From NCBI GenBank assembly GCA_964016885.1, contig OZ024743.1, positions 186,744,001 through 186,808,000 on the forward strand: 64,000 bases of DNA. The letters are read 5' to 3'. Of the stretch, positions 38,330-53,980 are shown piece after piece. The DNA is from Eledone cirrhosa. Taxonomy: Eukaryota. Both the position numbers and the translations under genes were made by a program. Under the pieces are notes generated by a model that did not search any database, had not been told where the DNA came from, and saw only the letters and a list, made by a program, of their open reading frames with translations. The first letter of the stretch is position 1, and the number at the start of each line of letters is the position of its first letter.

Positions 38330-38930
38330 GGTGGAAATGAGTTAATATGTGCTGTGTTCAAGAGGTGAGATAGAGGGGAGCATGAGCCAGACCCCTACAC
38401 AGGCAAACAGTATAATCTCCTTTGGGTAGGAAAATGATGAGAAAAGTAGAGTATGTATCTTAGTAGCTGAGAAATGGATATATACAGTAATTTAGGTAGT
38501 TCAGAATAATCATAGTCAATAGATTTACAACAGTTGTCTGTACTTAGTCATTACAATAAGGGGCTAAATAAAGAATAACAGGATCATTCCCATGACGAAT
38601 TGCTATGGGCAACTTTGATAACATATAACACTGGCTTCATCATCTTGGCTGGCAAATCCAATAGACATGTTGAGCAGAACCAGGATTGTTACACTGGTTT
38701 ACTGGGCTACAGTTATGGCCTGAGAAATGAAAAGGGAGTGAGACTCCTAGAAGTCATTGATGTAAATGACCTAACCATTCTCAAAACTAACTCCAGGAAA
38801 CCAGCCAGCCAACTGACAGTTTACGAATCAGACAGGCAAGCAAGCAAGCCAGATTGATTTCATGTTCATGAGGGAATGTGATGGACATATGGTTATAAAT
38901 ACTAAAGACATTTCTGGGATAACCTAGTTG
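38330..38930 (+). mobile_element. RTE apurinic endonuclease fragment
   Basis: ORF 38600-38857: ILAGKSNRHV..GYSYGLRNEKGVRLLE..DLTILKTNSRKPASQLTVYES, matching GDFNGHVG..YG.RN.EG..L.I.NT.F.K..L.TY.S. Confidence 0.75.
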
Positions 38931-41523
38931 GTCATATAAATCCTTCATTAGTGAGGATATTCAAGACACTGAATGTCATAAAACCGAATAATCTCAGCAC
39001 TACAATAAATTGTAGCAATGTAATTTTGGATTGAGTAAGTTTAGGGAATTTATTGTTACTAGAGAATTGAATTGTTTGTAATTAATAAGAGATGTAAAAC
39101 CAAGAAAATAATAGCATTTTATACAAAATGCCAATCTTGGAAAAAGAGTTAGGCAAAGTAGATAGTATGGACTTTGGAAGTAAACCAATATCAATACAAT
39201 GAACAGAAGAAAGTATATATATGACGTTGGTTTAACTTATACCATATAATATCAATACAATAAAAAACTGAGATGTTTCAGTCTCTAGAACCTTACATAT
39301 CTCGTTTATAAAAGCAACCTTAACAGCCATTTATTGCCTTTACTTTATTGACTCATTCCAACATAAGTTTTAGTCAGTTGTATTTAGTGATATATTTGAG
39401 TATATGCTCAGCCTAAAGAAAAGATTAAAACATGGGATTGTGAGTTATCATTGCAAGATAGATATTTTATTTATTTTAGAATATAAAAACTATTTTTTAA
39501 AATGTTACAAAGGAAATATTAAGGGAATTGACAAAAAAAGGATAACTAATGGAAAGTGTTTTGTCTTTTTCTAGACACATCCTGAAATCAAGATACATTT
39601 AATGGAGTGATAGTGAAAAATAAGACACACACACACACACACAAATGAACCAAGCATGACTGAAAGGATTGTTACATGCTGAAAAATATAACTTTGTTAA
39701 ACAAGTAAAATTGTTGACTAGAATGGACTGTATCCATTGGAAAACTACCTCATTCTATTTGTGTCAGTATACTTAACCAATGAATAAATATTGATCAGAA
39801 TATACGATAACTAACTACAACCAGGAAGGAAATTATATTACACAACCGTTAAACATGTATCTATATAACATCTAACATTTTGTGCAGTAGATGAAAAAAT
39901 ATTATTCCTGCTTTCCTCCATTCAATTATCTTTTCTCTATTTCCTCTCCCCTGCTTTCACTCTGTTTTATACACATGGTTTTATTCTCAGCATATTGCCT
40001 TATCATGTGTGCTGAAAGTTTATTGAAGTTTTACTCTGTGTGTGAGAAACTAAAGACCTGTAACCACGAATCAGCGAAATCTCTTTCACGTGGCTTTGGT
40101 TTGGTATTACATATTGCAATTGACATGAAGCTGTCTACAAGGAATTAAGAAATAGTTTTATTTGCTCAATCGTTAAATTATCTTTCTATGTTCTGTGGCT
40201 TTGAGTAGATCTGATTCAGAAAGTCTTTCCTTACTCATTAACTTAGAAATTCAGCAAACATAATTTAGTAACCATGGTTACAAGAAGCAATAAGCTATAT
40301 GTATGAATTCTCCTTTTTCTTATTATTTATTTACTTTGATTCATGTGTCACATGCATTGGGAGTAAATCTCATAACCTAAATAGTCAATATGAACTTTAG
40401 ATAAAAATCATAGTGGCTCACTTCTAAATTGAAAGGCTATAGTAAATTGGAAGCTGTATAAAGAAAACATGCTTGAAAACTTCTGTGCAGATGAAGCATG
40501 ATAGCAGACTTCCTTCATGGATTTGACTATACAGAAAATCTGACAACTCAATTTCGATGTTTAAGTTGATGGAATAAAGAATATATGGACAGGCTGCAAT
40601 ATATTATATGAAGATTGAATACATTATATAATACTGAATACTATGTGTATCCCAGTTTTTAGAATAGGTACACTGTATTTCTGCATGTTGTAGGAGGTGA
40701 TTTAAAGGGTTCGTATCTGGAAGAGAATTTGTCTGTAAAACATTGTTTTAAACCACCTTGTCCAAACCCATGCCAGCATGGAAATGTGGACATAAAAAAT
40801 GATATTGATGATGATGATAGTGAAGAAGATGATGGCAATGATAAATATATTGGTGTGTTAAAAAATATTAAAAAAAACGTATGACAAGATGAAGCATCAG
40901 AACTTCCTTGCTAAAAACCTGAAATAATTATCAATACTTCAAGCTGAATGGTAAAAATATTTATAGAGAGATAACAAAAACTAACAAGAAATGTGAAGGA
41001 CATTCATTTTTCATGTTATAAAGACAACACCTTTCAAATATTTCAGCAATAAAGAAATTCCTGAAAGTTTTATGTCATGACTATAATTTTCATATTGTAC
41101 AATTTACAGGTATTCATCTACAAGTGTTGAAGATGAGCAATGTTTATGTCATTATGTTGTTTTTGTACAGTTTAGTTAGTAATGGAAGGGAGTGTCCATG
41201 ACATTTGAGACAGATGAGAGGGAGAGAAGCAAATATTAAACCAGAGACCTTGCCTAAATGCATGAAATTGAGTCAATTCTGTTGAAGACACCCAATGGTC
41301 AGATGATAGTGTTAAGCTGGGTGCCAGATTAAGTCCACCCCCTAAGTAAGCTACAGCAGAAATTGAACTTATGCTTTAGAATATCAGAACTATCTGCTGC
41401 TTTAACAATTTTATTAACCCTCCATCTAGACACTACTTAATTTTATTAACCTTGAAATCATGAAATGCAAAGTGGACCCTGGTGAGATTTCAAATGAAAG
41501 TGCTGAAAACCAGAACAAATAAT

Positions 41524-41702
41524 TGTTTCTACTTTTTGGCACAAGGCCAGCAATTATTCCAGTGCATTACTGGTACTTTATTTTATCGACCCCGTAAGGA
41601 TGAAAGGCAAAGTTAACCTCAGCGGGATTTGAACTCAGATCGTAAAGGGGTGTAACTCTATGCTGCGAAGCGAGGCTCCCAGCCTTCTACCGATACTGCC
41701 AT
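41524..41702 (-). mobile_element. SINE family A with 13 bp TSD
   Basis: CAGAACAAATAAT at 41511-41523 and 41703-41715. Older relatives at ~41955-42140 and ~53270-53455. Confidence 0.88.
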
Positions 41703-43820
41703 CAGAACAAATAATGCAAAGTATTTTATTCTAGGCTTTAATGATTCTGTTAATTCCCCTCTAGTCTTTTAGCTGTAGGTCAATCCTGATTGAGAAAATA
41801 TCTGATGAAAAGTGTTCCAGATCATTAAATTTATTTGTCAGACAGTATGTATCTAAGACCCCATTATTCAATGTAACTTTAAAAAAAATGTTAGTATATG
41901 AATTAGGACAGACCAAATAATCACATGCTGGCTCATGTACTAAATGTATTAATAAATTGATTTCTAATTATGGCATAAGGGCAAAGTTGATTAAATGAAA
42001 TCCAGTACTTCACTGGTACTTCATTTTACTGATCTAGGAAGGACGAAAGGCAAAGTTGACCTCGGTGGGATATAAAATCAGAATGAAATGAGCCAGAATA
42101 AATAGCATGATGGGATTTTATCAAATGCTCTATCAATTCTGTCAATTCACCATCCTTATACATGTTGATATATCAGGTATTATTAAGTTAGATTTGTATA
42201 GAATCTTGAGGAGGGGTGGATTGAATGTAGAAGGATGTTGGGTGAGAGGGAGACCAAGAATAGTATGCCCAAAGATGCTGGAGGAGAAAATGAAAGTAAA
42301 GAAGCTGGTGAGTGAGGATGTAGACAATAGGCAAAGTAGAGAAACTTGTCATGGGGTCTGCAAGGCTAATGCTTGCTTTTAGCAGGGAAAATTACTTTAA
42401 AATGCTTGTTGTTGTTGAAGTAAGGAGACAGGATAATATTTACTGATGAAAAGACAAAAAATTAGTATGACTGGCAATAATCATATGGCTTATCTTTGGG
42501 AACAAATATGTTCACTGAATTAAAGTTTAATTAAAATTACATATTAAACTGCGATTTATATAGACAATGGAAAAAATCTATCAGCTATAAGAAATATTTA
42601 GAAACAACAAAACAACTGTAGAAAAATAGCAGAAAAAGGAGCTGCTATGTGGTTGATCATCATATTAGAAATAACAGGCAAATCTTCCACAAATCATACA
42701 TGCTACTTTTATAAAAGAGAAAGAGCATGCAAGATATAATATAGTTCTAGAAACACTGTATAAAAATATATGCCCATGGCTAGAATAACTTTTATCATAC
42801 GTTGATTCAATCAGGGCTGACATGAGGTTAAACAACAACAAGAAAAAGCTTCACTCAAATTATTTCTGAACCTCTTATACATATGAACAACTATGCATTC
42901 ATTGATATATGAATAACTCCATACAAACACTATCATTCACTTACACAGACACATGCTCTTATATTATATCAACAGCAGCTGTTGAAAATGTGAGTGAGGT
43001 AATATCTTTTTACGCAGTATGTTGTTCATGCAAAAAGGGTTTACAATACCATTCATTGGAATCTACCAAGATGTAAGTATCAAAATATCCATGAAATTGA
43101 ATGTATTCACATCATTGAAAGTAAAGAAAAACATATTCATGAATTGCAAAATGTAACAGTATATATAAAAAAAGAAGACTTGTTAAGACTGCCACTTTTT
43201 CATCAAACAAAAATGTTACTTGCAATACCAGTAAATAGAAGTTTTACAGAAAACTGATGTGGAAGAGAAAACTTTTGGATTCTTCTTATAAGCTTATATT
43301 CATACATAAATAATGAACTTCCTTACATAAATATAAAAAAGCTGAAGCTACCACAAAATATTTAATGCTTCCAATTCTGCTTAACTTTGAAAACATGAAA
43401 ACTTTTTATGTTAGCATTTGATTTTACATATCTAAAGAATTAGCTATTGAGTCTACCAGTCACTTGAAAATATCTGAGAGTCAATAAACAAATATTTCAG
43501 TTTTAAACATTAATTTATACTCAGGTCACTTATCACTATTGCTGGCTGATTAATATGACCTAAAACTAAACAATTTATTCCTAATTGTTTCATTAGATTT
43601 GAAATTTTAATCTCAATAGCATTTCTTTCCACCTAGTAATGTAAATTAAAAGGACATGGGTATCATATAGTATTCGATATTATTCTGTTGATAGCATTAG
43701 TGATCCCAAACAAGGCATGAAATTATATTTGCTTTACATGGGAATTAGCAGCTAGATATTTTTGGGGATGAAAATATGTATCATAAATACGAGAATTTAT
43801 ATTAGACTTCAGCACTCTTT

Positions 43821-43862
<42 letters not shown>

Positions 43863-44094
43863 TCATCATCATCATCATCATCAACGTTTAACGTCCGTGT
43901 TCCACGCTTGCATGGGTTTGGACGGGGGTAGTCCCACTTGAGGCAAGAGTGATTGTCTTGCTCGCATAGGACTGTCTGGCAGGTTTTCTACAGTTGGATG
44001 CCCTTCCTAACACCAACCACATTTACAGTGTGGGTCTGGGAGGTTTTTACCGTGTTGCCTACACGGCCACATTACAGCGTGGACTGTGTGTTTT

Positions 44095-44177
<83 letters not shown>

Positions 44178-44660
44178 TTATTAAAATAATAGATTAAAGT
44201 TTAAGCAAAGAATCGTTGATTTCACCCTTAACGGGATCTTCTGAAACTAACAAAGTCAATCTGTGAACGCAGAAGTGAATATTTCAAAAAACGTTGCAAC
44301 CGGAGGAAGACAGGAAGACGATACTTTGGTTCGTGGAAACGTTCTCTGGCAAAGAACGAAAAAAAAAACGAATATAATATGTCATTATTTGGAACGGTGA
44401 AAAACAATTACACGCAAAGACAAAACCGCATTTATGGTATAAAAGAATTCGTAGACTAATATTCTATTAGTAGAGACGTTCTCTGGCAATGAACGGAAAA
44501 AACGAAGATAATACGTCATATGTGGAGTAGGGAAAACAATTGCACGCAAAGACAAAACCACGTAAATGGTATAGCAGAAGTCGTAGACTAAAATTCTAAC
44601 TAGGAAACCGAATGATTCTTGGCTTCAGAGTTAAGAATAAAGTAAATAAAATACAGCGGT
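44178..44660 (-). mobile_element. Longer copy of the CAGAAGA-HHR family, with ~137 bp internal tandem duplication
   Basis: HHR-like motif 44198-44248 (-). ACGTTCTCTGGCAA...CACGCAAAGACAAAACC...TCGTAGACTAA is repeated at ~44339 and ~44476. Confidence 0.75.
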
Positions 44661-45059
44661 AATTGAAATTAAATAAATACATACATGCATCCATATATGT
44701 ACATACACAAGCGTACGCGAAAACACCGGCCATAGGTATGCAAATGCACGCACGTAAACCCCCCCCCCCCCCAAAAAAAAACCCGCTTGCACATACAGAA
44801 TATATATATATATATATATATATATAGTAAAGAATGAAGAATAACATGGTCGGTTGTACATAAAGGGTTTATTTACAGCAGCATTAACAATTGTTTCATT
44901 AATCAGTTAAATATCACCAATCTAATGTCTTACACCTCAAGGGAACCACTAATAATGAAAAGGGAAGTGAAATTGGAAATATTTTAAATTATTTTCTTGT
45001 TTCCCATTTGAACGGGATTACCTTTAAGAGAATGAGAGAAAATATAGAAAACTGAGATG

Positions 45060-46190
45060 TTTCATCATCATCATCATTGCTTTTATATCAGTTTTTCTAC
45101 ACTTGTATCTCTCCACTCACTGCATTTCTTCATCATCTCCTCTGTGAGTTTCAGTGATTTGAGATCAGGTCTCACCACCTCTGCCCAGTATACCTCTACT
45201 GTGTCTTCAATCCACTCACATTTCCTGACACATCTTCACCCATCGATCATTATCCATGCATACCACATGTCCATACTAATGTAGTCTTTTCTCCTGCACA
45301 CCACCTCGGATTCCTGTTAAGCTCAGCTTCTCACTCAGTTCATCCAAGGTCTATTTTTCTTCACATTTACATTACACATCCAACGAAGCATGGCTGTTTC
45401 ATTTCTCTCCAGTCTTTGCATGTCTTCTGCAGTCAGTGCCCATAATTCACTACGATGCAGCATTGCACTTCGCACACAGGCATCATACAATTGTCCTTTT
45501 GTACATCAGGAGAAACCTTCTAAATCCAATTTCCTTAAGGATCACCACATAATAGATTGAGTTATTCTGTCAAAGACCTTTTCTAGATCAACAAATGCTA
45601 AATATAGTGGCTTATTCTTTGCTAGGAACTTCCTTGTAGTTGCCTCACTAAGAAGAGGACATCTGTAATACTTTTCCCAGGTATGAAACTAAATTGCATC
45701 TTGTCTAATTTGACGCTTTCCTTAATTAGCTGCGCTATAACTCCATTACTTTCATAACTTGGTCCATTATTTTTATTCCTCTATATTTGCTCCTTTCTAG
45801 AAGCATTGCTTTTGCCTTTGTAGCAATTTATGATTGTACTGCTATGCTAGTCATTGGGTATGACTCTGTCCTGTATTACCTGTTTGACTATGTGAGTTAC
45901 TAGCTTTAGCATCTCAGCAACTATGTCTGACAGTCCTACAGTTTTATCATTCTTCATCTCTTTGATTGCTTCTTTGACCCTATAACTGTCAATTCTAATA
46001 GATGGTCTTTCTGTTGGAGGTAGTTTCTCTTCCTACCATTCATTCTCTATATTCATCAATCTCTCATAGTAACATTTCTAATTTCAACAGATTTGTTCCC
46101 AACATCTTGATTTACACTAACACTTCGTGTCTTTTGTCCTCACTTCTGAAGAGATTGGCAAACGTTCTTCTCTACACTGGAAATATTATG
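45060..46190 (-). mobile_element. Degenerate RTE LINE fragments
   Basis: 45350-45520 is homologous to 55730-55880 (GRLYDAC..MLH). 45850-46190 resembles the RT N-terminal region. Confidence 0.6.
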
Positions 46191-49100
46191 TGATAAAGAT
46201 GAAGTATTTTGAAAAATATTTAAAGTAGGTAGTATTGAAAATTGTTAGGACATTAAATGAAACCATGGATGTTAAATTGTAAACAGTTTGACATGTTTTA
46301 TTCCTTATTTGTAGGGTTATTTCCTTCTAATTTTCCCCTTTTAATACAAACTTTCCAGTAAAAATAATGTATAATTATTGCATCTGAAAATGGAAAAACA
46401 TTGGGATTACAAAACTTTTAGTGATTAAACAAATAAGCACCAACCTTACTTATATCATTCAGCATTGTCACTTTGTTACTAAAACTGTACAATTTGTCAC
46501 CCAGATCCTTTGCCCAATGTTGTACTCTGTAAAAAAGTGAAACGAGATAAAAATTAGTGCACAATATAAATTATTCAACTGCAATGTCTACAATAAATAA
46601 TACATGGCTAACATATGTCAGAAGAAGTCTAAGACAAAACAAGAAGTTAAAAACCTTAAAGGTCATTTATTATATTTTTTAGTAACAAAACTAGCAAACT
46701 ATTATCTAATTTATAAGAGCACTTATATAATCTATTATTATACTGTCAGCATCTTGATTTTGTTGCAATGTAATTGATTTGTTTAGAAAGCAATGCTAGA
46801 AACCTATATAATAAAACATTTTGTATAACTGGATATATTATGTAGCAATCTAAAATTGCAATCAATTCTTTTCTCAACTGCTTCACTTTTCAATATGCTG
46901 AAATGAGAATTAACAACTCAAATATATATTATTGAATCTATAATGTAGTTGAGAAGTCAAACTTATGATAACTGCACTGCAAAGCAATTGTGTATTAAGA
47001 AATGATATTCCAATTATCAAGTCTTTGTTTTGAGTTTATGAATCAGTGAACAGATAAATTGAGGATTTAATCAACAAATGTTTAGGATTAAAACTGAGTA
47101 AAGTTTGATTTAATTGGTTTTAAGGGGAAATGGACAGAAACATTGATTTGTTTAATTAATTAATACTGCTTCAATGATTTCCTGGTAATAGACAAAACAA
47201 TGGGATATTAAAATAGAATACAATATTAGTAATAAATTATTTAAAAATCAAAGTGAAGACACTCAAAATGAATTATGAAATACTTTTCTAAATTCGTATG
47301 TATCAGTCAAACTAATATATGGAAGTCAAAAACATTTCTTACTTCAAGTTAAGTAGGATTTACAATCTACAATCAAAAAAGCAATGTGTATGTATTCATA
47401 TATGATTTTGATGTTATTTCCATGACTAAAGGGTGAATATAATTTATATTGTAGAAATGTTATTTGTAATAACTAATACCAATAGAAGATATGTGCATCC
47501 TACTAATGGTGTCTTTGGATGCTGTTCAATTATTGATTCAGAAGGAACAGGTTGTTTTCTAAAGAATGCTTCTGTTTTCATAGTTTATGTTCATTGATTG
47601 TTTACTAATATTTTAATGTCAATTTAATACCTATTTACTGCCTAGTTCACCATGGTTTTATTGATATTCTGGGCTTTACATTCTCTTACATTTTATAAAT
47701 AAAATTCATCCTGTTATTAGCAAGGTTTAGAACAGTGCAGCGATTTACCCCAAAGCAATAATACTTTCTATCTCTTTCTTTTACAAACTTGTACTCACGA
47801 ATGTTAGTAAACTTTCATATCTTGTGTTGTAAACTAACATTAATATTTTTCTTTTCTTTCACAATGGCAAAGCAAAAGAAATGTCTGAATTCAAAATAAC
47901 AACATGTATTATTCACGCATTTATCTCTTGTATTACAAGAATTACATGTTGTTTAAATTAAAGAAATATAATTCCTATTGATGACATTAAATAGTTTATG
48001 AAAGAATTGAATTAGCTTCCAAATCCTTTTTGTTTCTAATTATCGTAATACTCATGAATACAATAGCACTTTTCAGCAAATTTATTCTTAATGAAAAGCA
48101 TTAAGAACATATTCTTTCTTTTCCTCTCGTGATTTGACATTAGGTTAACTTCTCTTTTCCATTTCCCTTCTTAACTATATGTTTTATGTGAAAATGGGAA
48201 CATAAACTGTTGACTCAATTTATTGTTTTAAGATTTCTCTTTTTTTGTGGCTTTCTCTTGAAGAAATTTGTGATAGTATTCCAAAATATCTGGAAAGGCA
48301 AAAGTTACCTGAAAGTTTTATTTCTGCAAATAATGTTGGAACATGACTAATTAAACTCCTTATAAATATATAACAATTTAGAGTTTATTATTTCAATATT
48401 TCCAGTGGTTACTGCTCTTTTACATAAATACTGTTATACTATTCTCAGAATGCTGAATCTCACAAAGGAGATGACAATTGCAGCATGCTGAGAAACACTG
48501 AGCTGGAGAGATCTTGCCCTATCCATGCCAATACAGAAAAGGGGATCTAAAAATGATGACAATAAACATTATTATAAATGCTTCCAAACACTATTTATTG
48601 TAGCTGTATAGAAAAAGATCTCATATACAAAGTAACAAAGGAATTCCTATATAGTTGCTTGATTTGCTAGAAACAGCAGCTAAATCACTCTCAAATTATA
48701 CTGTTTAATCTTAAAAAGAATATATTGAATGAAGTATTCATATATATACAAATTGATGAGAGGATTACAGCAAAAATACCATTAATTACATGTTTGCTCG
48801 GATTTGATCTTGGGCTAAGCAACAATAACAAAAATAATATCATGTATGAAGTCTACAATTTACAATTGTAATTTTGATAGTGCTATAATGTTAATATAAA
48901 ATAAATTGTCATACAAAACTTATGCTTAACTTTGAATTTCAAGAATAATAAGCAAGTGATAACATTTCTCTGTTTTGATATGAGGTTAATCTACCACAAG
49001 TAGTATTTACACATGATATGGCATCTGTTCCACCATCCCCAACAGAAGACCTGCAAGAACATAAAAGGAAGTATCTTGCCTACAGACACAATGGAATGCA

Positions 49101-50274
49101 TGTAGTGAATTTCAATTTATGACATGAGTTCAACTATATAAAAGTTATGACAACTTCCCTAGTGCTGGCACCATGATAAAATAAACTCAGTACAGAAAGT
49201 ATGTAAGCAAGCTGTAAGCCCCCAGCCCATCTGAGAGGTCAGTAGCTTCACTTGTGTATTGATTCTGCCTGTGAAGATCTATGTAACACTTGCTAGAAAG
49301 AAAGACAGATATTAAATGATGATGATACTGATGAAATGAATTGTTACTTTAATAACTTATCCATCCCGCTGTTTTTACTCAAGAAGTTTCATAAAACAAA
49401 GTTTGAATAAGTGCTAATATTTTATAATAACATTTACAAGCACAATGTTAGCACAAAGAATATTTCATATCTTAGATGTTAAAATTGCTGTTGAAACAAA
49501 TAATTTATATAAAAAAATGTTAAGCCTTTTGAAAGTGTTGTATTGCATCATTTGATAATGCAAAGATGCTATGTATTGATGATTTAAATGAGAAAATATT
49601 TGAGTAAATAAATGGCATATAGTTAATTATAAGATGCATTTAAAAAAATGGCACAATGTGATTATATAGATTACTAGCAGGACCCATTCATTCATACAAA
49701 ACATGTTTATAGGACAAGTGGAGCAAAAAGATTCATTAAAATTGTTTTCTTTTTATGCACAGACAGATATAGCTAATTTCCTGACATAATCCCTACACCT
49801 ACAAAAATTAGATGGACAATGTTTTTTATGAAAAATATTTCAAGTTAACGCTTTCTTTGAATAATGTTTTCGTTAAAACAAAATACGCAGTTTATTTGCA
49901 AAGCCAGGAGTATTAATTAGATCTCATGATATACGAAATTAACAGTGACTGTAGGAGGTGGGATCTTTCATGGAGTTAAGAATAATTTTTAATAGACAAC
50001 AGAGTGAAATATTTTATAGTTGGTCAGTATGTTTGAAAAGATGTTTGTTTTTTACTTCTTTCTGTACTGTGATCAGACTGGGTACTGTATTCAAGGTTTT
50101 AATCAATCATATTGTACCTAATACTTCTTTCAGTCTGGTTCTTATTTAGCAATCACTATTTGTTGTACTGCTAAGTGGTGGTGTTAACTGGAAAATAAAA
50201 CAACACAACATAAACAACACTGTCTGGTGCAAATACAAACACAAATATGGATGGACACACACACACACACATAC

Positions 50275-50425
50275 ACATGCGGTTTCTGCCAAACAAATTT
50301 CACACACAATATGTTGGTCAATCCGAGGTTATAGTAAAAGACACTTGCTCGAGGTGCTGCACAGTAAGATCGAACCCAGAACCTTGATATTGGGAAGTGA
50401 ACTTCTTAACTATACAACCATACAT
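50275..50425 (-). mobile_element. tRNA-derived SINE, family C (relative at ~33420-33545)
   Basis: Minus strand ATGGTTGTATAGTTAAGAAGTT..GGGTTCGATCTTACTGTGCAGCACCTCGAGCAAGTGTCTT. Confidence 0.7.
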
Positions 50426-53400
50426 AAGGAAATTTACTATACATTCTTTGACAGGATTATATATCTTTAACAGCTTCATCTAATCTAATCTAAGCTTACA
50501 TTCATATGTTAAGAATGACATTGAATGTCCCTTGGAGAGATCGTCTGATCAATGAGCAACCGAATCAGAACCTTTGTTGAGAATCAGATATCATCAGTGA
50601 GTGTAGAGTCAAATTCACAGGACATTGCTGGAGAGTTAAAGACGAAATTATGTTTGTCTAAGCTCAAATTCAACCACATATTTTAGTAAGTTTACATATA
50701 GTTATTTGATCCCATCTTCTCCTTAATCAGTACATCACTAACTCCATACATCAACAAATGGTCTGAATTAACCCTTGTTGTTAATTCTAAGGATTGTTTA
50801 TTCAATTCCATTCATGGGTCAAATAGGTTTATCTTGGTGTGTCTTACTTATATTTAGCCTTGACTCACTGTTCCTCTTCTGTGCACTTTTTCTCTTTAGT
50901 TGTCGCCATGTTCTTATATTCTCTAGAAGCTGACCTATACGAAACACTTCACTCTGATAGCAGCGATAGTAAAAATTTTGCTACTAATCTTATCAGATAT
51001 TTTGTCGTTATTTTCATTTGTTAAAGTGTCTGCTTCATTTGCTTCTTCGTTTGAATTCATTTATTTTGGCATGTATATTTTTCAAATTTTGTGTTATTGT
51101 TTTCAAAATTTTTATCAAGAATTTTGGGAACATATACTCTGCTACAATGATTGTGGTTACTCAAGAAGAAGCAATATTGAATAACTAGTAAACAATCCAC
51201 AGACACTCATATCTAAACGACCTTAGACCTACTTTAAGGGCGGAGATCTGAAAGTTTCAGAATTCTCTTCTTTATGAAATAAAACAAAAACGTTTTCCAT
51301 CATCGAATAAATCATGGTAAAACCCAATTGTTCATGGAGTTATTGTAAAGAAACTCATACCATACAACAGCAATAACAGCAACAATAATACATATAATAC
51401 ATACATATGCCTGAGTGTATTAGTATACATGTATGCAATAGATATTTACAGTGAAATTTATTACTTTGCAACAAACAATAATTTTGGTCTTTTATAAGCT
51501 TGTTTAATATATGAAGGAAACAACTCTCTTTTTCTCTCGGTAGATTTTCTTTACTTTTCAACTATAAATCATTTTTATGCAGTAATAATTTCATGGAATT
51601 CTATTGCTTGGTATTGATAAATAATGAAAATGGTCAAATGGGCATTCTGTTTCTATTTTATTTCTCTGTAATGTTTGACCATATCTTAAATGTGTATGTA
51701 TGAATAAACACAAATGTAGAATGAAATGAAATTAAAATAATAAAATGTAAGCTCAATGGTAACTCTAATTCTGTTTATGTTGACATTTTGAGGGTTCTGT
51801 TCTCCATATATTTCTTTTATGAAATTGAATGGAGCTGTAACATCAAAATATTCAAGGACACTTGCATTATCATCATCATCATCATTGTTCAATATCAGTT
51901 TTCTCTGTTTGCAAGGGTTGAATGTTTTGTTACAGACTGGTCAGTATTCAAGTGGAGTAACTGACACACTGTTGGACCAGGGACGCATCATATAAATGGA
52001 ATTAGCATGCAGATAATACAAGGCTTCATGAATTATTGCAGTTCAGTAAAGGGGTCTTTTAATTTCAATCTAATCTTCAGATATTCTAACCAAATACAAT
52101 ATCAGGTTTGAAATGAGAAAGAAGCTGTTATCTTAAAAGGTTTAAAATCTGTCGCTTATCCTCTTCTAGAGGGTAAAAGAAAATTTAATTATTTGACATA
52201 CCAGATGCAAATAAATTTTATGATTAATACAAACTACACTTTTAAGGAGCAATAGAGATTTTGTATATTTGTTTAGCAAATGCTATAGTTTATCATTAGT
52301 GAAATTAACTATGCTATGTCAATGTTGTTGTTGGTTTGTTTAGTCAGCAGAAGGCTTGGTTCATACAAAGATAGTTTGATTATATTCTTTTTAATTAATT
52401 GGAGATTTGTGTTTAATTGAAGTAATACAATATTTATATTTCTAAAATTTCCTCTCTCTTTCTTTCACATATATTTCTTCTATGCAATTTTATGTGTAGA
52501 CTACAATAAACAAATTTATCAAAAGTGATATTTTTGTTAAAATAGTAAAAGGCTTGTCATTTCCTAATGTTACTATATTCAATAAATACTGAAGAAAAAG
52601 AAATTGTACTATATATATTTATATGGCCTAGATCCTAACAGTAAGTCATTATCTCTCTCTAAATGAGATAATGATTTGAGAATATATCTGATCTTTATGA
52701 ACATCATACCATTTTTGCTCAGAAAATTTCTTTAACAACCATGCTTTGCACTAACTTTTTAAACTAAGACAATTTTCAAAGTAAGAAAAAACACTTTCAG
52801 TAATATTGTTTGAAGTATAAAAGTATGAAACAATTTTCAGAAAATTATCTTTTTGATTTGTGCTAAGTTGCACCAATTACTTTGTCATCAATAGACTGAT
52901 GAAATCACTTAATTTCTGTCTAATAATAATGCTTAAATGGTACTAAACCTCAAAGAGTTCTACATTCATTAGTGATTTTATTGAAAATAATGAATGTCTG
53001 AAATAATTTTGAGTAATCATTTAAATAGTTTGGTTCTAAGAACTGTCAAAACTTGGTAAAATGTTAATGACATGATTTCATTTTTATCAGTAAATTGAAA
53101 AGGTAGTTTTCTTTCAGACTGATATAGCTGGCACCAGGTAAAAAATATTCAATATAATTATGATATTGTCAAAATAAAATTTGCAGGTTGCAATGTATAA
53201 TTTTGAAAAATATATATTTGCAATTCCTATAAAATCAAAACCCAATAAGGAAAGTGCATAGATGGCTCATATTGTTTCTGATATAGGCACAAGCCCAGAA
53301 ATTGCAAGGAGGGCTAGCTGTTCCAGTATTTTATAAATATCAGAAGGATGACAGGCAAAGTTGACAGTAGGATTTGAACTGAGAACGTAAATAGCTGTGA

Positions 53401-53516
53401 AACATACTAGAAGGTATTTTGTCTAACAACGTAAGGATTTTGCCAATATTCCACCATAATTCTTATTAATAACATTTTTGTATTTTAAAATACTATGGAT
53501 AACTTTATTTTATACC

Positions 53517-53561
<45 letters not shown>

Positions 53562-53858
53562 AATATATGTATATAATAAAAAAGAAAATTTCGCTCTACA
53601 TGGCTGAATACAATAAATGTAATCTGAGTTTTTCAAATATTAATAATTGTTTCTACTATTAGCACAAGGCCAGCAATTACCCAGTACATTACTGGTACTT
53701 TATTTTATGCATCAAATCATGGTGTCCAACCCTCTACCGATACTGCCAATTCATATATTAATAATAACGTTTGATTCGTTTGCAATTTTGCAAACAAGCC
53801 TCAATTTTAACGCCATGTCAGTAGAATGAACACTTCATTCTTGCTCTTGTGTTGGCAT

Positions 53859-53924
53859 GTGAACAGAACTGCAGACACTAATGTTTCTGGGTATTACCCT
53901 TCATCAGTACAGCTCACTGTTCAC
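53859..53924 (-). ncRNA. Type I hammerhead ribozyme with long stem I
   Basis: Minus strand gtgaacag-tg-agctgta-CTGATGA-aggg taata ccca-GAAACA-ttag-TGTC-tgcagtt-ctgttcac. GUC triplet. Confidence 0.88.
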
Positions 53925-53980
53925 CTGCCTAACTGTCAGAGCTAGTGAAAATATATACTATTTTCAAAAATACACAGTGA

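Noticed and set aside
44860-44930. Minus-strand GAAACAATTGTT-aatg half-hammerhead
   Set aside because: Palindromic stem III is present but there is no recognisable core; too weak to call.
50700-51330. Possible highly decayed PLE RT on - strand (SDK, KTH..KPI traces)
   Set aside because: Too degenerate to support without an alignment.
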